DNA of 64,000 nucleotides from Macrostomum lignano (Eukaryota): NCBI GenBank assembly GCA_002269645.1, contig NIVC01001363.1, positions 186,001 to 250,000 of the forward strand, read 5' to 3'. Shown piece by piece: positions 35,248 to 64,000 of this stretch (position 1 is its first letter; each line of letters starts with the position of its first letter). The notes under the pieces were generated by a model. It saw only the letters and a program-made list of their open reading frames with translations, ran no database searches and was not told where the DNA came from. The position numbers and the translations under genes were made by a program.

Positions 35248-38200
35248 ATTTCTCAGGTAAATATAGTTCATTGGCCTTTCTACTTACTTGTGTCTGTGTT
35301 TTATCAATCAATTTAAATAAACACCTGTCAGTAAATTAAAAAAGTTCTAAATTATTATTTAATTATTTAATTAGATTCAATTATCGACTTTCATTTCTAA
35401 AATAATTATGTTAACAGGATCGATAGCGTCATCGACATCTTCCGATTCGTCCTGCGCTGTGTCCCAGAGAAGATGAAGTAAAGCTGTGATTCCATAAAGC
35501 AGCTAGAACAGCTGGAATTCCATAAAGACTGGAGAGGGCTGATAATAAGTAGAGCCATAAGTTTTCATGGAGTCTTGTGAAAGCCTTCACTTCCTATCCT
35601 ATATACCAAAATGAGTCGTCTGTATGTACAGTATGTATGAATGTTATTTTTAAACCCCCATCTCGATCATTTGTAGAAGTCTGTGTCACTGTCAGTGTAA
35701 CACAAACACACACATATATATATATTATATATATATATATATGTGTGTGTGTATATATATGTACATATATATATATAAAACATATATATATGTGTGTGTG
35801 TTTGTGTGTATATATATACTTGTGTTGTTCCCTTGCTCCCCATTAATATTTTATTACCTTTGCGACTTACTGTGTATATTCTTGTTAACCTGTGCTTGTG
35901 TTGTGAGCCAGCCACAACACAAGTCGTGCTGGTTTCTACGATATCCCACTATGAAAAATCCATGGAACTAGCTCTTGTTGAGGCATCAAACTAGCTATCG
36001 AGACTTTATTTTTAAGCCTCGTATTCTAATTCTATGCTAGATTTCCAGGAATTCGAGGCTGGTTCGAGAATAGTTTGCGAAAACGCTACCCTAGAACACC
36101 TGGTGTTTCCGTGTCCTTAATATGGCTTGTGTAAAATCCGAGACCTCTCTGTCTCCTTTCTTTATTGCATTTCCTAAGGGAAGCTAACAAAGGGGAATCA
36201 CAGTCACTGAACAAAGTAAGCACTAAGGGTTGCGTAAATACTCGTATGAATTGCGTTTTAGACCGCTTTATTAATCAAGCCATATTGTTATGAACCCCTT
36301 TTCGCGATCGATTCTTCAACTATATAGTTGAGATTATTCTCACTGCTCCCAAAAAATTACTAAGCTAAGGCCCCAAAGCCTTCAAATTTGTGCAGACCTT
36401 GTGCAGTATGTTTACATCCGAATGCTAAATATTCAAATGAGTGCGTTACTAAGTGTCAAGCTAAATATTACTTTAGAGTTAATCTTCAAGTTCAATGCTT
36501 GGCAGGCTTGTCATTTGAGTATTCGAATTCTCAGTAAAGAGTATTGCAGCTTTTATCTAAAGGCAAATTTCTCAATGACTCGTAAACTTGTGCACCCAGG
36601 TCAAGTAATTTTCCAAGAAATGCCTTTTCTATTCATCCTGTGTGAGCATTTTTGTAAGAATTAGCTGGTAAAATAAACTGAGTCTTGCTTTCAATTCCTT
36701 GCAATCAATATACATGTACCTATATTTGAAAATGAGGAACCTAATACTTGTGTTGCTTTATTATTGTCAGATTATAGTTTTTAGTATATACATGTTAGGA
36801 CATAGATAACTTTAATGGAGACTCAGATATGAGATTCTAACCGATTATTAGAGCGTGCCAGTCGGTGTCACCCACAAAAAGAATGTCTCTATCTCAATCA
36901 GCTTTCGACTTCGAGATTTTTGAAGGGCGCTTATGCTTTCGCAGTTTTTGTACAGATGTTAAGAAACGGCGAATGCAACTGCTTGTTATTCTGAGTCTGT
37001 TTGAAATATCTGATACCATTTATTTTTCGTAACTTGTGATACGGTATACATGTATATAATTAAGCCAATATATACCAAAGCTCTATACGAAAGAACAAAG
37101 CAAACCAAACAAAGATTTCCTAGCTCTGCTTCTCCCCTCTTCCCCTTAAGAGTGGTGTGCCACGATTTGCATGGATTTGGCCTTAAAAAATCGGGATACC
37201 GAACCGAAGCAACTGAAGCAGAAATTCGTTTCTGCGTTGTGCCTCTAACGGGCGACAGTGATTAGATTCAAACGGATTTGTTATTAGCTCGACTCGTATA
37301 TAGCCTAAAGTTTATGTCAAGATTTCTAGATTGTATATTGGTATTAATTGAAACGTATATCGTTTCCCACAGCTGTTTTGGAATCATCAATCAGCTGCTT
37401 TGATTTCTCGACTCCGCCCCGAATGCATTTGCCGAAAAAACTACTAGCTTATGCGACTGTGAACTGGCATCATCGATACACAAAGAGACTGAAACCTCGA
37501 GAACGCTAGCTATAAGTCCGTTTTTTGTTCTGCCTTGCTTTCTTGGTTCTGCTTTGTTGAAGGCCTTCCTAATGTATCAAAACCAAGATTTATATCTGTT
37601 TAGCTGCATAGCTAACAAAAATCGTGGAAACCCATTCTATTCATGGTCTGAGAACCCTGATCATGCATGGACGACTATATATAAGCACCCGGACAGGAAA
37701 CGGAAAATACATTATTTTTTTCTGTACAACATGGGGCAAAGTTCCTTTCTGAGGAAGAGAGGAGTGGGGGCCCTTCTCCGCAACACTCTTTCCCTCACGG
37801 CATCCCAAACAAGCAAACGCGTACATATCGCGTTCCAGCCTGAAGCCAAAGTGAGCAAGTGCATGAAAAGACAGTGACACAGACTGTGGGGTTGTACATT
37901 GACAAGTGGTTTGAATAAGGATAACTGTTGCCTTTTCTCCTCGATTGCACTATAATTTAGTGACTCTAAAACGTTATTTATCTGCATTTTTTCACCAACT
38001 GTTTGCTGATTATTTTAAATTGCCAATCCTGCATAAATAAACAGTGCCGAATTCTGAAATAGTAGTTATTGGCATTGGCATGTCATCAATAAATGAGATT
38101 CTGTCTTGCGCTCAAAACTTATTTTCCATGATTGATTCTTTTGGTGGCTGAGGAACGGACTGGCTGGGGGAAGAAAGAATGCCCTCATCTTGTACAGGCG

Positions 38201-38897
38201 GCAATTTCGCTTTCAGTCCAGTAGAATCTAGGAGTCCATGGATCGTGCCTGGATCAAACAAAGAGGCTGGAAAAAAAACTTTTTTCTTATCGGGGGAGTA
38301 TCGGACGAGACAGTAGGAACCTGGTGGCGTGGCAAAAAAGATGTCGGAAGGAGAAGCTCGAGAGGCTAATAAATTAGATTTTTGCTTCTAAATGGAAGAA
38401 GCAAAAGAGATAAAGGGTTCCGAATGCCGTGGGTATCCTCATGCCCATTTCCAAACATATACAATATAGACAGGTAAAGTGAAGTAAAAAAGCCTCTAGG
38501 ACCATAAAAATGGTTTATCTCACCGCTCGATCGATACAGAGCGGGTCTCTTTCTTGGACAGAGCATATGTCCAACAGATACGGCTCTGTTGGACCAATGC
38601 TATACTTTTTGCGGCCTCAGTCATACATATCGGGGGAAGAACCTTCTGTGTTGATTTTTCGTCCCGGCAAGCCTCGAGATTTGGTCTGTGACTCGAAGAA
38701 TAAGAACAAAGAGGTTCGGTTGTCTCCAGAGCGGCCAGATGTGGGTCTGCGATCTGTGAAGCATCTGCATTTGGCCCCCTGTCTTTAGCAAACTCAGCAT
38801 TGCTTTTCCTGTGCCTGGTCCCCTGGGTCCAGGAAACTGCTTTCTCCTGGTCAAGGAAGCTGTATTAGTAGACTTAAACATGAAATTCTACAGATCA

Positions 38898-40776
38898 CTA
38901 GAGCGTATCAGTCGGTGTCATCTGTAGAATTTCATATTTGACTCTAGTAAAACAGCTTGGCAATTGCTGATTGATTATCCTGGATTTCCCGTATTTTAAT
39001 GCATAGAAAATTTTCCGGAATCGCCGCCTTGGAATATCTAGAAAGCAGATTAAGCTAGAGACACGATTCTTTCTAGGGAAGATAGGGACTGACACGCTCT
39101 AATGATCTGTAGAATCTCATATTTGAGTCTTCTAATACAGCTTGGCAATTGCTGATTGATTTTCGCGAATTTCACCATTTGAATGCATTGCAATTTTCTG
39201 GAATCGCCGTTTTTGAGTGAATATCTGGAAAGCAGATTAAGCTAGAGACACGATTCTTTCTGGGGAAGACAGGGACTGACACGCTCTAATGATCTGTAGA
39301 ATCTCATATCTGAGTCTTCTAATACAGCTTGGCAATTTGTGATTGATTTTCCTGATTTCCCTTATTTAAATACATAGAATTTTCCGGAATCTCCGTTCGA
39401 ATATCTGGAAAGCAGATTAAGCTAGAGATATGATTCTTTCTAGGGAAGACAGGGACTGACACGCTCTAATGATCTGTAGAATCTCATATCTGAGTCTTCT
39501 AATACAGCTTGGCAATTGCTGATTGATTTTCGCGATTTCACCATTTGAATGCATTGCAATTTTCTGGAATCGCCTTTTTGAATGAATATCTGGAAAGCAG
39601 ATTAAGCTAGAGACACGATTCTTTCTGGGAAGACAGGGACTGACACGCTCTAATGATCTGTAGAATCTCATATCTGAGTCTTCTAATACAGCTTGGCAAT
39701 TTGTGATTGATTTTCGGATTTCCCTTATTTAAATACAGAAATTTTCCGGAATCGCCTTCGAATATCTGGAAAGCAGATTAAGCTAGAGACACGATTCTTT
39801 CTGGGAAGACAGGGACTGACACGCTCTAATGATCTGTAGAATCTCATATCTGAGTCTTCTAATACAGCTTGGCAATTGCTGATTGATTTTCCGATTTCCC
39901 ATTTAATACATGAAATTTTCCGGAATCGCCTTCGAATATATCTGGAAAGCAGATTAAGCTAGAGACACGATTCTTTCTGGGAAGACAGGGACTGACACGC
40001 TCTAATGATCTGTAGAATCTCATATCTGAGTCTTCTAATACAGCTTGGCAATTGTGATTGATTTTCCTGGATTTCCCTTATTTAAATACATAGAAATTTT
40101 CCGGAATCTCCGCCTTCGAATATCTGGAAAGCAGATTAAGCTAGAGACACGATTCTTTCTAGGGAAACAGGGACTGACACGCTCTAATGATCTGTAGAAT
40201 CTCATATCTGAGTCTTCTAATACAGCTTGGCAATTGCTGATTGATTTTCGCGAATTTCACCATTTGAATGCATTGCAATTTTCTGGAATCGCCATTTTTG
40301 AATGAATATCTGGAAGGCAGATTAAGCTAGAGACACGATTCTTTCTGGGGAAGACAGGGACTGACACGCTCTAATGATCTGTAGAATCTCATATCTGAGT
40401 CTTCTAATACAGCTTGGCAATTTGTGATTGATTTTCCTGGATTTCCCTTATTTAAATACATAGAAATTTTCCGGAATCTCCGCCTTCGAATATCTGGAAA
40501 GCAGATTAAGCTAGAGACACGATTCTTTCTAGGGAAAATAGGGACTGACACGCTCTAATGATCTGTAGAATCTCATATCTGAGTCTTCTAATACAGCTTG
40601 GCAATTGCTGATTGATTTTCGCGAATTTCACCATTTGAATGCATTGCAATTTTCTGGAATCGCCTTTTTGAATGATATCTGGAAGCAGATTAAGCTAGAG
40701 ACACGATTCTTTCTGGGAAGACAGGGACTGACACGCTCTAATGATCTGTAGAATCTCATATCTGAGTCTTCTAATA
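38898..40776. repeat. ~180-187-bp satellite, about 10 units, two alternating variants; runs into the gap
   Basis: ctctaatgatctgtagaatctcatat(c/t)tgagtcttctaatacagcttggc recurs every ~183 bp from about 39097 to 40737. Confidence 0.93.
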
Positions 40777-41719
40777 NNNNNNNNNNNNNNNNNNNNNNNN
40801 NNNNNNNNNNNNNNNNNNNNNNNNNNNNNNNNNNNNNNNNNNNNNNNNNNNNNNNNNNNNNNNNNNNNNNNNNNNNNNNNNNNNNNNNNNNNNNNNNNNN
40901 NNNNNNNNNNNNNNNNNNNNNNNNNNNNNNNNNNNNNNNNNNNNNNNNNNNNNNNNNNNNNNNNNNNNNNNNNNNNNNNNNNNNNNNNNNNNNNNNNNNN
41001 NNNNNNNNNNNNNNNNNNNNNNNNNNNNNNNNNNNNNNNNNNNNNNNNNNNNNNNNNNNNNNNNNNNNNNNNNNNNNNNNNNNNNNNNNNNNNNNNNNNN
41101 NNNNNNNNNNNNNNNNNNNNNNNNNNNNNNNNNNNNNNNNNNNNNNNNNNNNNNNNNNNNNNNNNNNNNNNNNNNNNNNNNNNNNNNNNNNNNNNNNNNN
41201 NNNNNNNNNNNNNNNNNNNNNNNNNNNNNNNNNNNNNNNNNNNNNNNNNNNNNNNNNNNNNNNNNNNNNNNNNNNNNNNNNNNNNNNNNNNNNNNNNNNN
41301 NNNNNNNNNNNNNNNNNNNNNNNNNNNNNNNNNNNNNNNNNNNNNNNNNNNNNNNNNNNNNNNNNNNNNNNNNNNNNNNNNNNNNNNNNNNNNNNNNNNN
41401 NNNNNNNNNNNNNNNNNNNNNNNNNNNNNNNNNNNNNNNNNNNNNNNNNNNNNNNNNNNNNNNNNNNNNNNNNNNNNNNNNNNNNNNNNNNNNNNNNNNN
41501 NNNNNNNNNNNNNNNNNNNNNNNNNNNNNNNNNNNNNNNNNNNNNNNNNNNNNNNNNNNNNNNNNNNNNNNNNNNNNNNNNNNNNNNNNNNNNNNNNNNN
41601 NNNNNNNNNNNNNNNNNNNNNNNNNNNNNNNNNNNNNNNNNNNNNNNNNNNNNNNNNNNNNNNNNNNNNNNNNNNNNNNNNNNNNNNNNNNNNNNNNNNN
41701 NNNNNNNNNNNNNNNNNNN
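40777..41719. other. Assembly gap (943 N)
   Basis: Run of n in the sequence. Confidence 1.
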
Positions 41720-57294
<15,575 letters not shown>

Positions 57295-57376
57295 TGAATT
57301 CCCGAGCTGGACCATCTGAGCTCCCATAATTTTGATCATTCGAAAAATACCAAGAAGCGTATCCACTTCTTTTCCT

Positions 57377-58700
57377 ATAAGCCCATCCTCCGATAAGCCC
57401 ATCCTCCGATAAGCCCATCCTCCGATAAGCCCATCCTCCGTTAAGCCCATCCTCCAATAAGCCCATCCTCCGATAAGCCCATCCTCCGATAAGCCCATCC
57501 TCCGATAAGCCCATCCTCCGATAAGCCCATCCTCCGATAAGCCCATCCTCCGATAAGCCCATCCTCCGATAAGCCCATCCTCCGATAAGCCCATCCTCCG
57601 ATAAGCCCATCCTCCGATAAGCCCATCCTCCGATAAGCCCATCCTCCGATAAGCCCATCCTCCGATAAGCCCATCCTCCGATAAGCCCTTCCTCCGATAA
57701 GCCCATCCTCCGATAAGCCCATCCTCCGATAAGCCCTTCCTCCGATAAGCCCATCCTCCGATAGCCCATCCTCCGATAATCCCATCCTCTGATAAGCCCA
57801 TCCTCCGATAAGCCCATCCTCCGATAAGCCCATCCTCCGATAAGCCCATCCTCCGATAATCCCATCCTCCGATAAGCCCATCCTCCGATAAGCCCATCCT
57901 CCGATAAGCCCATCCTCCGATAAGCCCATCCTCCGATAATCCCATCCTCCGATAATCCCATCCTCTGATAAGCCCATCCTCCAATGAGCCCATCCTCCAA
58001 TGAGCCCATCCTCCGATAATCCCATCCTCCGATAATCCCATCCTCCGATAAGCCCATCCTCCGATAGCCCATCCTCCGATAAGCCCATCCTCCGATAAGC
58101 CCATCCTCCGATAAGCCCATCCTCCAATAAGCCCATCCTCCGATAAGCCCATCCTCCAATAAGCCCATCCTCCGATAAGCCCATCCTCCGATAAGCCCAT
58201 CCTCCGATAATCCCATCCTCCGATAAGCCCATCCTCCGATAGCCCATCCTCCGATAAGCCCATCCTCCGATAAGCCCATCCTCCGATAAGCCCATCCTCC
58301 AATAAGCCCATCCTCCGATAAGCCCATCCTCCGATAAGCCCATCCTCCGATAAGCCCATCCTCCGATAGCCCATCCTCCGATAAGCCCATCCTCCGATAA
58401 GCCCATCCTCCGATAAGCCCATCCTCCGATAAGCCCATCCTCCGATAAGCCCATCCTCCGATAAGCCCATCCTCCGATAAGCCCATCCTCCGATAATCCC
58501 ATCCTCCGATAATCCCATCCTCCGATAAGCCCATCCTCCGATAGCCCATCCTCCGATAAGCCCATCCTCCGATAAGCCCATCCTCCGATAAGCCCATCCT
58601 CCGATAAGCCCATCCTCCGATAAGCCCATCCTCCGATAATCCCATCCTCCGATAATCCCATCCTCTGATAAGCCCATCCTCCAATGAGCCCATCCTCCAA
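57377..58700. repeat. 16-bp minisatellite (ataagcccatcctccg), about 80 copies, just 3' of the PDE1 stop
   Basis: Direct tandem units with occasional 15-bp variants. Confidence 0.96.
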
Positions 58701-60409
58701 TGAGCTAACAAATTCAAGTTAAATTGGAAGTGGATTTAGTCATAGAAATCTCGTAATTGTTGTTTTCTTCCATCAAAAAAACGTGGACAGCGCCGAATTG
58801 ACTACTTTTGAGTAGTATATGCCATGCCTACACATATGTGCGTACAGCTAGCTATGAATGCAATTCACGCCTGTGTATCTCTGTATATACGAGTATTTAC
58901 GTAATCGTAGAAATCGTAGAAATTGGTCTTTCTGATCAGCCCAAATGGACACCAATATTATAGTATAATTTACAACCTAAGCGGATCGAACCTCGGGGAT
59001 TGGGGATTATAGTATTTGCTATCGTTAAAAATCCCGATTCCCAACACAAACTATTAAAGTACACATGCTCTATTCAAGGACTACTAAAGTACAAGGACGC
59101 AACACTCGAAATCTATGAAAAAATGTTTTTGAGGGCCACAAAATACACCAGGGAGATAGGAGGTTTTCATTTTTCAGCACAAAAATTGTTATTGCTTTCG
59201 ATGGGAGGCGGATCCAGTGTTCATCTTTTGATATGTTGTGCCTTTCTTATTGCTCTATCGATTATTCATAAAGCTTTTCGTTTAGAAAAGAAGGATTCTA
59301 TGATAATTTCTTTTTCTACGTACAATTGTCCTGTGCTTAAGTGCTCGGCTCATTGGTTTTATGAATCGATTTTGTCATTCTTAGCCGACTGTAACAATAA
59401 GTGTAACAGAGATGATAAAATAGATTTATAAAACCAAGGATTCGAGCTGCACCATGCTGCACCAACATTTTTATGATTTTTAGGTAAAGGAAATGCACGT
59501 AAGATAAAAAACCCCAATTTTCTGAACAAAAAGCTTCATGAATATCGATAGAGCTGTCAGAAAGGCTCAACATATCAAAAGATGAACATTGGGTCTGCCT
59601 CCCATCAAAAGCAATAACAATTTTTGTGCTGAAGAGTGAAAACCTCCTATCTCCGTAGTGTACTTTTCGGCGAAAAGTGGTCTTCAAAACGTTTTCCATG
59701 AAACTTGAGTGTCGCGTCCTGTATATACGTTTCTTTAGTTGTCCTTGATTCTATTGCGTTCGATTAATTTCGAGTAATACATGTAGCACCTAGACCTAGA
59801 CTAAGACATTAGTATAGTTGACGCTGCACTTTATTAGCAACCAAAAAATATCTAAATTTCATGTTAACGAGTTTTTTAGCAGCCGTTTCACCGCCAGAAT
59901 TGCACTGCACTTCCCACCCATTTGGCACAGCGCTTGCGTATATAGTGTAAGAATACCTTTTCTTGCTCAGAGTGTGGATAAAGTAGATCCCTGTAAACTG
60001 AGTGCACTATATAGTATCTGCACATACATGTACAACACTGAAGAAAAATATTATATTAACATTCCAAATAAATTTGACTTGTATTGAGAAACACAGCATA
60101 TTTTCGAATTCTTAATCCCACAAGAAATATTATGATTTCAAATTGCAAAAATTTTCAATAGAACGCATGTTTTTATTATATTCCGCATTAAGACACTACA
60201 TGCCTACGAGTACAGTAGTATGATACAGATATTAGCACACAAAAATACAAATACAATACATGATGATACGCTTGTTTGGGTATTGAAGCTAATAGACAAA
60301 CAAGCAGATATGGATGCTATGGATACAGGAGAATATTTGCTAACAATTGCTGTCAGTTTCTAGATAGAGATGATTGAGGCACAAATCAAAGATAGGGCCG
60401 GGCCGGGGA

Positions 60410-60525
60410 GAGAGGGTCAGAGGGTCAGAGGGAGGGTCAGAGGGTCAGAGGGAGGGTCAGAGAGTCGGAGGGTCTGTGGCTCAGTGGAAGGGTCGGAGGG
60501 TCAGAGGGTCAGAGGGTCGGAGAGA
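60410..60525. repeat. Degenerate 8-bp repeat (gagggtca)
   Basis: Direct tandem units. Confidence 0.75.
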
Positions 60526-61481
60526 TCAGTGGGTCACAAGGAGGGCCATAGCCCAGAAAGGGTCATAGTTTAAAGAGGAGAATAGCCAAAGCTTAGATGG
60601 GGCACACTGTTCGTTACCCAGAGACGGATCAACATGTAGTAAATTATTGGCATTAAAATTGTATTCTAGCAAATTTTAATCCTAGCAAAAGACAAGAGAT
60701 AGCTTTAATGTCTAAATTTGAGCAAGAAAAAATGTTTATGTTTCCAACACAGATAGATGTATTCAGTGCCAACTGCTTTATGCGAAATGGCTAAGCAACC
60801 AATATATTTATATTTTAAAAATGTATTCATTCCGGTTAAGATTCTGACCTACAGACGTAAAGAGAAAAGGTAGATGGAGAGAGAGAAAGTCAAGCGACAC
60901 GACTCAGAGCAGAGCATCAGAGCATCGCAGGATTTTGTCCTCAGGCTACCTAGATCTCCAAAACATTGGTGACATTCTTAGTAAAAAAAGCATTAACTAA
61001 AAGTGCGATAGGAAAAACTGAGAAGGTATCCATTAGGTCCTCAAGATTTTAGTCAGTGGGACAAAGTGTGAAACTCACGTTCGGGTGGGTCGTGTTAATG
61101 ATAGTAAGAAAATCGTCGTGATATTTAATCTTTAATCGGATAACCTCCATCACAGATCAATAGATCATGGTAGGAAAAGCGCAATTATTAAACGAATATC
61201 TGCTGACTGCTCATCTATAAAGTTTTAATATATATTAATGTTATAATCAAGCCTAATGCAACTCTATGTAACGTACGTATCTATTTACCTGCTTAAGAAA
61301 AATTGATAGATCATGGCTGGAAAACAAATTTGTAGGAAATGTTAATAGCGTAATAATTATTATTTTGAATAAATAACTGAATAAAGGAATAAATTTTGCG
61401 CAACAAAAACGCAAATATTGTGAACAAAAGTTTTTTTCTCACATCACTGTTCTGTTGAGTCAGATGTCCGGTCACAGATCG

Positions 61482-61856
61482 TCACTTCACTTCATAGTAA
61501 TCGTCAGTACCATAGCTTTCCCGACGATAGATTTTGGTGCCTCTTGGGAGCTTGAATGAATCTTCTTTTACTTGTAGTAAATAGATGTCCCGTCCATCAT
61601 CTGTATCAATCTTCTTAGCTTCAGGAATCAAGTTCTTTGGAAATTCCACGACATGACTTAGTCGTTCTGCAGTTACTATCCTTTCATCCCAATTGTTCCT
61701 CTCAATAGCAGCAGTCTTTTCGTTTGGTGGCATTGACGTCAAATAAACACCTTTCCCATATATTGCATCGTTGGTGGTGTCAGTAGATGCTTTCAAGACG
61801 CCAGATTTTTTAATTGCCTTTGCTCCTTCTTCAGTGGTGTAATGATACAACGACAT
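61482..61856 (-). CDS. HYD1-type ADP-ribosyltransferase-like protein (Tox-ART-HYD1 family), 124 aa; possibly the terminal exon of a longer gene
   Basis: LYHYTTEEG..AI..SG.L..S....DAIYGKGVYLT..PP.....I..NNW...GRDIYL carries the H-Y-D signature. A splice acceptor tttccag|g at 61888 leads in frame into the ATG. Confidence 0.7.
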   Translation of the reverse strand: MSLYHYTTEEGAKAIKKSGVLKASTDTTNDAIYGKGVYLTSMPPNEKTAAIERNNWDERIVTAERLSHVVEFPKNLIPEAKKIDTDDGRDIYLLQVKEDSFKLPRGTKIYRRESYGTDDYYEVK

Positions 61857-62289
61857 TGGTGCGGCCTTCAGTTCAGCAGCGGTTAGCCTGGAAATTGTGT
61901 GTTTAAAATATGTCTAAAGCAAAAATTCTTGATCGAACCTTCGTATTTACGTGCCTTATAGATTAGCTGAGGTGCAGTCATGTACGCTCGTAAAAGGGAA
62001 CTTGCGTCTTGAGCACTAAAAAGCTGTAGAAGATGGGGGAACGCACAACTACACTGTACAGTGTACTGTACTGTGCTCTAATATTTTAGTCGCAGACACT
62101 TCTGGCTTTTCCATATAGAATGTACTCATTCCTATTTGTCTACACTACTGTATTTTTAGTACCTCTTTCCTACATTTCCTGCGTTGTTCCTAACGCAAGG
62201 TACCAAAACTCACCGCAGGCGCAAATTTTGTCTCAATTTTTTTTTACTGCTTATCGTGCACCATGCCATTTATGGTACGCTGTAAGGCC

Positions 62290-62775
62290 ATTCTATTCTA
62301 TTCTATTCTATTCTATTATATTCTATTCTATTCTATTCTATTCTATTCTATTCTATTCTATTCTATTCTATTCTATTCTATTCTATTCTATTCTATTCTA
62401 TTCTATTCTATTCTATTCTATTCTATTCTATTCTATTCTATTCTATTCTATTCTATTCTATTCTATTCTATTCTATTCTATTCTATTCTATTCTATTCTA
62501 TTCTATTCTATTCTATTATATTCTATTCTATTCTATTCTATTCTATTCTATTCTATTCTATTCTATTCTATTCTATTCTATTCTATTCTATTCTATTCTA
62601 TTCTATTCTATTCTATTCTATTCTATTCTATTCTATTCTATTTTATTCTATTCTATTCTATTCTATTCTGTTTTATTCTATTCTATTCTATTACATTGTA
62701 TTCTATTCTATTCTATTCTATTCTATTCTATTCTATTCTATTCTATTCTATTCTATTCTTTTCTTTTCTATTCTA
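62290..62775. repeat. (TTCTA)n microsatellite
   Basis: Direct tandem units. Confidence 0.97.
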
Positions 62776-64000
62776 TTGGGACTGCCCGGTTTAGTAGAGT
62801 TCCCTGTCCAAGATTGTGGCTCTGGTCCAGCCAATCAGAACAGAGCAACTCAGTGACGTCACTTCGTCGACATTTTAACATTTTTAGTCATTGGCATTAG
62901 AAGCATTCGCTGGCAAAAGAATAAATAAAAGGCTATCACGCTAGTCCGTTTCTAGGCCGTACTGCAACCTCTATCTCAATCTCAAAACCTCAATCTACTT
63001 CAATATTTATTCCAAAGTTTCTGTGCTACCAACACTAGTAATCGGGATCAGCAATTCCAGAGCTAAAAGATGACTCGATTCTGATTGGCTGTGGTTGGTT
63101 TAGTTCCTATATTCCGTTTTGACAGGAGCGCTCTTTCTGGTGACCTTCCTAGCCCCGAATCTTTGACAATCTTGCATTTGCACGTTTGCACAGCGTTTAC
63201 TGACTGTTGTGCCTCTGTCGCTAAATCAGTGTAGCATCTCATTTCAAGGTGTAAGACTTCTCTTAGGCCTTACTTTCTATGGCCATTTCGGGGCCCAGGC
63301 CGTGTCTATTTTATAGATTTTTAGATACACGTCATCCCCCGCCGCTGATTAGCAACGGCGGGGTGCCAAACAGACGCAGCAACATTAGATTAGCGCGTTG
63401 CTACGGGACGAGAGAGATAATTTTATATCTGTTAGTTGGTCGCATCAGGCGATGGTCAAAGGTCAGTCCGTGCGTCCTTCGGTGAGTCGTGCTTTCGCTC
63501 CCTGGGCAGATCCACGCACGTCACCGCTGACCTTTCCTGTTGATAATTGCTCTATCTCGCCCGCCAGTCGGGGGTATCTTGCTGTATCGCTTCTCCTGGC
63601 ACCGCGCCGACTGGCTCTGCCTTGTACCTCGGCTGACTTTGAATTCATCTCGCTTGGTCTGAAATCTTGGTGAAAGGCGAGTAGGCGACCGTTAAATTCT
63701 TATCATATCCATAATTTACGGATATTTCACCTTCTAACTATTCTTTTAATTACTTTTGCTTAGGTGCCTTATCTCTAGATTGAACTTTCGCCCCCTGGCT
63801 TTTGCTTCTTGCTTTGCCCTTCATTGAACCTTTTTATTTGCCCGAACTCTTCCTGATTTCTAATCCCTATACAAGGAATTCGGTAGGAGATATATGGAAC
63901 TAGCTTTTGCTATAATTTTTTGAGGTATGCAACTTTATCTAGTCGCAATGGTGCCCCTTATCGGGCTATAATTGGGATAGTTCAGTAACTAAAAGCAACC

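Noticed and set aside
35577-38880. Assorted 60-107-aa ORFs, including possible upstream PDE1 exons
   Set aside because: There are no recognisable motifs and no consistent splice chain; the region is left unannotated.
38621-38881. GPRGPGTGK as a P-loop NTPase motif
   Set aside because: There is no Walker B or helicase context, the ORF is short, and the other frames are unrecognisable.
62120-62856. FYSIL-repeat hydrophobic ORFs
   Set aside because: They are the (TTCTA)n microsatellite.
62829-63090. Inverted agccaatcagaa/ttctgattggct pair as a MITE or CCAAT promoter
   Set aside because: The match is only 12 bp, and I could not establish termini or a TSD.

Overview
This is repeat-dense animal genomic DNA, probably invertebrate. 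The style recalls a free-living flatworm such as Macrostomum, but that is only an impression. It contains one N gap (40777-41719). Host genes: PRP19 (minus, truncated at the left edge) head-to-head with NEK9 (plus, complete), the 3' half of a PDE1 phosphodiesterase (plus), and a small HYD1-type ADP-ribosyltransferase-like ORF (minus). The rest is nested mobile DNA. (1) A CpG-erased, locally TpA-rich repeat graveyard (about 7.9-14.5 kb) with a RIP-like signature. (2) A non-autonomous MULE with a PHD exon and a LINE insert. (3) Four head-to-tail non-autonomous Helitron-like units carrying different satellites and tRNA-like cassettes. (4) A CMC/EnSpm transposon with a divergent spliced accessory gene and a hAT-type MITE beside it. 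(5) Many minisatellites. (6) The highlight: a young 10.7-kb Ty3/gypsy element (1076-bp near-identical LTRs, 4-bp TSD) inside a PDE1 intron. Its coding region reads Gag - internal signal sequence - viral-type glycoprotein (furin site, TM) - clustered ESCRT late-domain motifs (LYPSI/PTAP/PPNY) - PR-RT-RH-IN. It is probably one ~2,440-aa polyprotein in the unusual order Gag-Env-Pol, followed by a small MGxxxS-RING ORF. Family assignments are from motif recognition only; no database searches were run.
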